From Flectonema sp. DT1601 (taxonomy: Eukaryota), in NCBI GenBank assembly GCA_964019425.1, contig OZ025797.1, positions 496,001-560,000 of the forward strand: a stretch of DNA of 64,000 nt, given 5' to 3'. The position numbers were made by a program, and so were the translations under genes. Position 1 is the stretch's first letter, and every line of letters begins with the position of its first letter. The notes under the pieces were generated by a model that saw only the letters and a program-made list of their open reading frames with translations, was not told the DNA's origin and searched no databases. Positions 58,434 through 64,000 of this stretch are shown here, piece after piece.

Positions 58434-61400
58434 ATGAGGATCTCCTTGGGTAAGGGCGGCAACAACTCAATAAGAAAATGCATTCTTGTGATGAGGGTTG
58501 GTACAACGACGGAGAGGAAACACATGTCATGTTGGGGTCACACCCTAGAAGTTGATATTGACGTTAGATATCGTACTGAACGCATCATTTACTATGAGAT
58601 TACGGAATGGAATGGCAAGCAATGGAAAACAACTCCTCGCAAAATATCATTTCCACAGAATTGGTTGTTATTTCTAGACTGTCGAGGTCTCAGTAAAGAT
58701 GCTGTTGAGGGTGTCACTAACAACGCCAACGCTCAGTTGCAAATTAAAGGATCTAACAGAGAACAGAGTATAGCACGCTGCCTGTCTTCCGGCTTGTCAT
58801 TCGAAAAAGATATTCCCGCAAACACCCTCGAACTGGGATTACTGAAATCGAATCTTTCACTTTCGAGTATCTTAGAGCACTTTAAAAAAACTTCTTACCC
58901 GCTGGAGGTAATAATTCTTTTATCACAGCGAGCTGCTACTGCTCCTCAATTACAAGAAGATCATCAGTACAGACACTTACACATCTTGTTTCTCTGTGCT
59001 GGTCTAGGTCGCGAGTCCCTTCCTCGTATGCCGATAAATAAAGAGGAGTGTATGAGGATGTTAAAAATTCCGAAACATTACGGAGAGGGATTCTTTTCAT
59101 TTGAAGGAATTTCAGAGTATCACTTTAGAGAATTATCGGTGCGCTATCCACCTCTGATTCCTGTATTGTTAATTATGTCATCTTGTGAATTATCAAGATA
59201 CCAACTTAAGGAATTAAGAGTGAGTGAAGTAATGATTCCTGTTTTATGCGGTGTCAGTAAAGTAATGAAGTCAACAACTGATGCTGATGTTATCACTTCT
59301 CTTACAGAAGGGTATTTTATTACTGACGGGAAGAGGTATGAGAAATCCAAGACTCTGTTATTGGAATTGGTCACCGCGTTAATGAATTCAGAACATGTAA
59401 ACGTTGATGTGTTGATTGGGTTGCTGGGGAAGTACTTTAAGTTCTCGGAAGATGTTTCTAAACAACTGGAAGTTTTGTTTAATAGATTTCCTGTTCAACA
59501 GAGATTAGAAAAAATACACAACTGTTGGAAACAACATTCCATCAATGTCTCACACCTAACGCCACCAATTGATATTCTGATCCAGTCTCTTACAGAGAAT
59601 AGTTCAAAATCTTGGGCTACTGATGTTAAATTTATTGTTTCACTTGTCAGTCAGTATCAATCACAATTTCTGAGTGACGCACAGGCGAATCGTATGCTCT
59701 ACAAATACATTCCTCACGTTCTAATTGTGTCTTTGGAATTACTGCAGAAACAGTCGAATGTAAAGTCAATGACGACAGCTGTCTCAATTTATGAAAAGTT
59801 TATAAAAAATTACACCAACGTGAGGACTTCCGAGAACGGGTTACAACTGACCAATGAGATAGTGTCAAAAATTAGATCTCTTATTAGTGGCCTTACAAAT
59901 AATTTAATAAAAAGGGTTGAGAATATAATTAATAAAGAGTCCTGTGACATCCCACAACTGTCAAATCTGTCGCTTGAGAAAGAGCTTTACAACAATCTTG
60001 GACAGCCATACGACTGGAAAAGATTCAGCGATGAGGTAACTGAATGGCATGAATCTCTGAAAACTATTGAAGACAAGAGGAAGCAATACACTTCGTTTTT
60101 GAAAGTTGTTAAACTCCCAAAAGAAATCGTTTCTCAAATCAGCGATCACTTAAGTACTTCTCACGAGGTGATAATATCAAAGTCATCTCACAATCGCATG
60201 AAAAAAATTACTTCTGAGTTTTGGAGACACGAAGAGTGGAAAGATGTTTTGAGAGGCATGCCTTTATTAGATGCAATGTCATCGGAGACAAGAAACCAAC
60301 TCTTTCCTTACTTACAAAGTGAAGATGACATATCAACAAAACTACTACTATTCCGCTCCATTCTTAATCAAATAAAAGACATCTATCTGTCTGAGTCACT
60401 ATATGAAAAGATTATTCCAAGTGATGGCAATAAATGGATTCGGAGGGATGTATTGAAATTAGTTATAACCGTAGTTGGTGGCAACAGTGATAATATACCA
60501 ATCCTTGTAAAGTATTTAGAGAACGTATCTAATATAAACGCAATCACAGACTGGTGTCTGATCCAGTCCTGTGAAACCCATTTTTTCGATGAACCTTTAA
60601 CAGTCAAAGAGCTGCAAGCAAAAATCGATGTTTGCACAGAAGATGGCTTTGATCACCGTTATGCTAACAAATACACCAATAAGGTAATGTTGATACCAGT
60701 TATTGACTTCCTAAAGTTAACGTTTCCTGAGGTAAACCATTTTGTCACTTTCGTTCGCGTTGCGTTAGACCACACCGCTCACGATCCAAAGCTGCAACAC
60801 ATAATAAGAGAGCTGAATAAAGCTCACCAGTACAGAGTTTCGGAATCACTGGCTGAATTACCGGAAGTGAGTTCTACATTAGTTGAAAGTCTTCCTGTTA
60901 TACAAGATCTTGTCAATGATTTGAAACAAGACGGTGGGAAAGACATGCGAAAACTGTTGCTCGTTTCCAAGTCCTGTGCTGTGATTGAACCAAAAGCTGG
61001 TTCCGAATTGAACCTCACAATCAATGATGTTCTTCGCTTACAAGATGGCTCATCCAACATGAGTTTTACAGAATGGGAGGAATTTATGACGTTTGTGAAC
61101 TTTGGGTTTCTAAATTTGGAAAAAAAGCATCTGGAAAACAAAGAACTAGCTAATACGTTTTTCAAAGCAGCGAAGAGTGCCGCAACTGCCTATATCAACA
61201 CTAGGAAGGCAGGCTACATCTCTGAACACAAGAAGTATGTTGCTAAGACAACAACTGAGCTTAATAAATTGGAATGTGAATGGCAGCTTGTATTACAAAG
61301 GTGGAATACAAGACTTCTGAAGATGCAAAAAGAAAATCCAGTTATCGCAAATGTACCGATGGCAGTTCTGAGATCTGAAGACAATTATTGGTCCCCTTTA

Positions 61401-64000
61401 AACCGGTTCAGTGAAAAAAAAAAAGGGGAAAAATGTCCTGACGCATACAGGTTTCCCTGTCCTTCATCACGCACGCAGCCAGGTGCCTTCCAAGTTCGAC
61501 TAAAGGGAACCAGCTGTCCGTATGCTACTATTGTTCAAGGTTATGTGACTGTAACTAAAGTTCTACCGTCACGATGGTCAATGCTGTTGGGACACCGAAC
61601 TACAACAGAAGAAGATGTAAATCTTTTTATCAGAAGAATAAATCTATTCCCTAAAGTTGTGTATGCCTGCACCAACATCAGTCACTTGACGTATTCTCTT
61701 CGAAAACTTCTGTTGAAGGCCGTGAAGGATGTTGCAGCTAATGTTTGTGTACTGTTCGCTGATGTTATCGAACTTAAAAATGATTTTTTCAAAATCAAAA
61801 TTATTAATAAAGTAAAGTTGGATGTCAACGCTACTTGTGTTGTAGGTGATGCTGGTTGCGGAAAGACTTTCTATATTAAAAGGTTGTTGAAAGGTTGTAA
61901 AGTAGTCACCGTAAACGGCGACAGGGTCGAAGACGCCTTTGTAGATGTGCAATTCCAAAACAAGAAGAACTTAGTAATTAGAATTGGAAATAGAGCCAAC
62001 AATGATGTGGATAGGTTACTTTTTCAAATTATAATTCTCAAATGTCTGGTTGACAGTAAATCAAAGGCTCACGCTTTCAACATACGCGTTGTTATTGAAG
62101 CACAGCGTAGTACGGAACTACTAGATTTATTTAACAAACGAGTTGTTGATCTCGAAACCTGGAATCGTAAAAACGTTATCATCACAACAACGAAGGAGGA
62201 CCAGAAAGAGGACCTTATGAAAAGACTTGGTACGATGCCCATGACGCAATGGAGGACACTCTCAGCTTTTTATGATGTCCATAGCGGCGTAGCGGATGAA
62301 GATATCATCGAAAAGATTATGAAATCAAACAATACTCAAACCTATCCTTTCTTAAAATTAAAGAATCCAATTATTGATAAATACAGAAACCAGTCTATTC
62401 CGATTGGCTATCCATCTTTCATATGGACTCGTGAACTCGCTGATTTAATGGTTCAGTTAGACACTTGGTACACAGCACGGATTCCTATTATATTGGAGGG
62501 TGAGACTGGTTGTGGAAAAACCTTCTTAGTAAAGTGTTGGTGTGCTCTTCGTAACTTATCTCTGGAAGTGATTACTATTCATGGTGGATATGATATGTTT
62601 CGAATTAAGGAAATGTTGAGGGAGAGAGTTAAGAAGGCACTAAAAATATACCGAAGTACACCATGTCGAAAAAGAACTGTGATATTCCTGGACGAGATGA
62701 ACACAACTTCTTCAGTTGATCTTCTGAAAGAAGCAATTTGTGATTTCCGTCTTGATGGTAAGACAATGATAGATTCGCAGAAAGATACTTGCTTGCATCA
62801 TGTGACCTTTATTGGTGCGATCAACCCTGATCGTAAACGAACCGAAAAGGAATTAGAGAGATATCGTCATCAGGGATTACAAGTGTTGTCAGGAAATTCA
62901 ACAAATCTCGCGGACAAGGTTTATCGAGTTCACAGTTTACCTGAAACACTTAAACAATATTGTATAAAGTTCCCTGACATGGGTGAAGACATTATGGTTC
63001 GGTCTATTGAACACACAATCGAATCGGAGAATATTAAAAATGATTATTTTATTAAATTAATTAAAGCCGCTCACTTTTATATGATATCTGACGACAGCGA
63101 CTATCGTGTTGCGAATATTCGAGACGTGAAGCGAGTCGTATCTGTGTATAAGTTATTCATGGGATTACATAAGTTATGCATGGGATCACTCTGTACTGAG
63201 TTAGAGATGACACCAGATTCAGCGAGTATGGTCGCAATTCATGTTGTTTATGTTTCTAAATTAAATAACAGAAGCGGTCTTTACTCAAAACTCGGAGATA
63301 CTTTTGAGAGTACAGTTCTACAAGTTCAGAATCGTTTCATGGAATTCATTAAACTACCGAAAGGTATAGTTCTGAATGATGCTCTTAGAGATAATGTGTT
63401 TATGATGATTGTTGGAATTACTCTTAAGATTCCAGTCTTTATTATCGGACCTCCTGGTACCAGTAAGTCTTTATCAAAAAGTATTGTCTCTGAGGTGATG
63501 ATTGGGATTGCGAGTCAGAATTCTTTATTTCAAAAATTACCAGAAGCAACGTTAAGAGTTCTACAGTGTTCTCCTCATACGACAGCAAAAGATTTGTCTG
63601 ACCATTTTGATGATTGCTCTCGAAACAAAAACGACGTCGTCGTTCTGGAAGAAGCAGGTCTCGCTGAAATGAGTCCAGAAATGCCTTTGAAACTTCTTCA
63701 TGAGAAGTTTGATGAAAGCGAATGTCCCTGCATCCTGACTTCAAATTGGAATATTGATCCAGCAAAGATGAATCGAGGTCTGTTCTTAACTCGTAGTATG
63801 CCATCAGATGAAGTTTTATTAGAAACTGCGAAGCTATTTGCTGGAAGTAGTCATCAAGTGTTGGAGAAGTTCTTAACTGGTCTTTCAATTGGATTTAAGG
63901 AAGCCGCTGAATTCATGAGAGGAATGAAAGAATTTCCAGAAGGAGCATTCTACGCTTTGAGAGATTTCTACAACTGCGTGAAGATGATTGTTTCACTACC
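58434..64000 (+). CDS. RNF213/mysterin-like giant AAA+ ATPase (5' part, ~1,855 aa in the window; continues beyond it)
   Basis: ATG 58434 and motifs VVGDAGCGKT (~61839), IILEGETGCGKT (~62487), TVIFLDEMNT, PVFIIGPPGTSKS (~63432), VVVLEEAGLAEMSPEMPLKLLH and SNWNIDPAKMNRG are all in one frame and match RNF213 AAA modules. Absent from the ORF track, consistent with no stop before the window ends. Confidence 0.9.
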   Translation, partial: MRISLGKGGNNSIRKCILVMRVGTTTERKHMSCWGHTLEVDIDVRYRTERIIYYEITEWNGKQWKTTPRKISFPQNWLLFLDCRGLSKDAVEGVTNNANAQLQIKGSNREQSIARCLSSGLSFEKDIPANTLELGLLKSNLSLSSILEHFKKTSYPLEVIILLSQRAATAPQLQEDHQYRHLHILFLCAGLGRESLPRMPINKEECMRMLKIPKHYGEGFFSFEGISEYHFRELSVRYPPLIPVLLIMSSCELSRYQLKELRVSEVMIPVLCGVSKVMKSTTDADVITSLTEGYFITDGKRYEKSKTLLLELVTALMNSEHVNVDVLIGLLGKYFKFSEDVSKQLEVLFNRFPVQQRLEKIHNCWKQHSINVSHLTPPIDILIQSLTENSSKSWATDVKFIVSLVSQYQSQFLSDAQANRMLYKYIPHVLIVSLELLQKQSNVKSMTTAVSIYEKFIKNYTNVRTSENGLQLTNEIVSKIRSLISGLTNNLIKRVENIINKESCDIPQLSNLSLEKELYNNLGQPYDWKRFSDEVTEWHESLKTIEDKRKQYTSFLKVVKLPKEIVSQISDHLSTSHEVIISKSSHNRMKKITSEFWRHEEWKDVLRGMPLLDAMSSETRNQLFPYLQSEDDISTKLLLFRSILNQIKDIYLSESLYEKIIPSDGNKWIRRDVLKLVITVVGGNSDNIPILVKYLENVSNINAITDWCLIQSCETHFFDEPLTVKELQAKIDVCTEDGFDHRYANKYTNKVMLIPVIDFLKLTFPEVNHFVTFVRVALDHTAHDPKLQHIIRELNKAHQYRVSESLAELPEVSSTLVESLPVIQDLVNDLKQDGGKDMRKLLLVSKSCAVIEPKAGSELNLTINDVLRLQDGSSNMSFTEWEEFMTFVNFGFLNLEKKHLENKELANTFFKAAKSAATAYINTRKAGYISEHKKYVAKTTTELNKLECEWQLVLQRWNTRLLKMQKENPVIANVPMAVLRSEDNYWSPLNRFSEKKKGEKCPDAYRFPCPSSRTQPGAFQVRLKGTSCPYATIVQGYVTVTKVLPSRWSMLLGHRTTTEEDVNLFIRRINLFPKVVYACTNISHLTYSLRKLLLKAVKDVAANVCVLFADVIELKNDFFKIKIINKVKLDVNATCVVGDAGCGKTFYIKRLLKGCKVVTVNGDRVEDAFVDVQFQNKKNLVIRIGNRANNDVDRLLFQIIILKCLVDSKSKAHAFNIRVVIEAQRSTELLDLFNKRVVDLETWNRKNVIITTTKEDQKEDLMKRLGTMPMTQWRTLSAFYDVHSGVADEDIIEKIMKSNNTQTYPFLKLKNPIIDKYRNQSIPIGYPSFIWTRELADLMVQLDTWYTARIPIILEGETGCGKTFLVKCWCALRNLSLEVITIHGGYDMFRIKEMLRERVKKALKIYRSTPCRKRTVIFLDEMNTTSSVDLLKEAICDFRLDGKTMIDSQKDTCLHHVTFIGAINPDRKRTEKELERYRHQGLQVLSGNSTNLADKVYRVHSLPETLKQYCIKFPDMGEDIMVRSIEHTIESENIKNDYFIKLIKAAHFYMISDDSDYRVANIRDVKRVVSVYKLFMGLHKLCMGSLCTELEMTPDSASMVAIHVVYVSKLNNRSGLYSKLGDTFESTVLQVQNRFMEFIKLPKGIVLNDALRDNVFMMIVGITLKIPVFIIGPPGTSKSLSKSIVSEVMIGIASQNSLFQKLPEATLRVLQCSPHTTAKDLSDHFDDCSRNKNDVVVLEEAGLAEMSPEMPLKLLHEKFDESECPCILTSNWNIDPAKMNRGLFLTRSMPSDEVLLETAKLFAGSSHQVLEKFLTGLSIGFKEAAEFMRGMKEFPEGAFYALRDFYNCVKMIVSL

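Overview
AT-rich eukaryotic nuclear DNA, most likely from a diplonemid (Euglenozoa). Support for that assignment: a near-perfect diplonemid-type 39-nt spliced leader (SL), EFL genes, a BILBO1-family gene, and all host genes on the + strand. Host genes in order: GPKOW/Spp2-like, a small ankyrin protein, two Golgi-type sulfotransferase paralogues, a signal-peptide-bearing TPR/GT41 (OGT-like) enzyme, adrenodoxin reductase, metacaspase (1 intron), a ~4,227-aa CAP + EGF-like + mucin + TM surface protein (2 introns), three tandem EFL genes (1 intron each), serine carboxypeptidase, USP, MOSC protein, ORC6-like, BILBO1-like, an unknown protein (1 intron), and an RNF213/mysterin-like AAA+ gene that runs off the window and is missing from the ORF track. 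Mobile DNA comprises a Mutator-type MITE, a deleted piggyBac, and an 840-bp TIR element that carries a complete SL exon fused directly in front of its internal ORF; this last element is the most unusual object in the window. All homology calls come from remembered motifs, not database searches.
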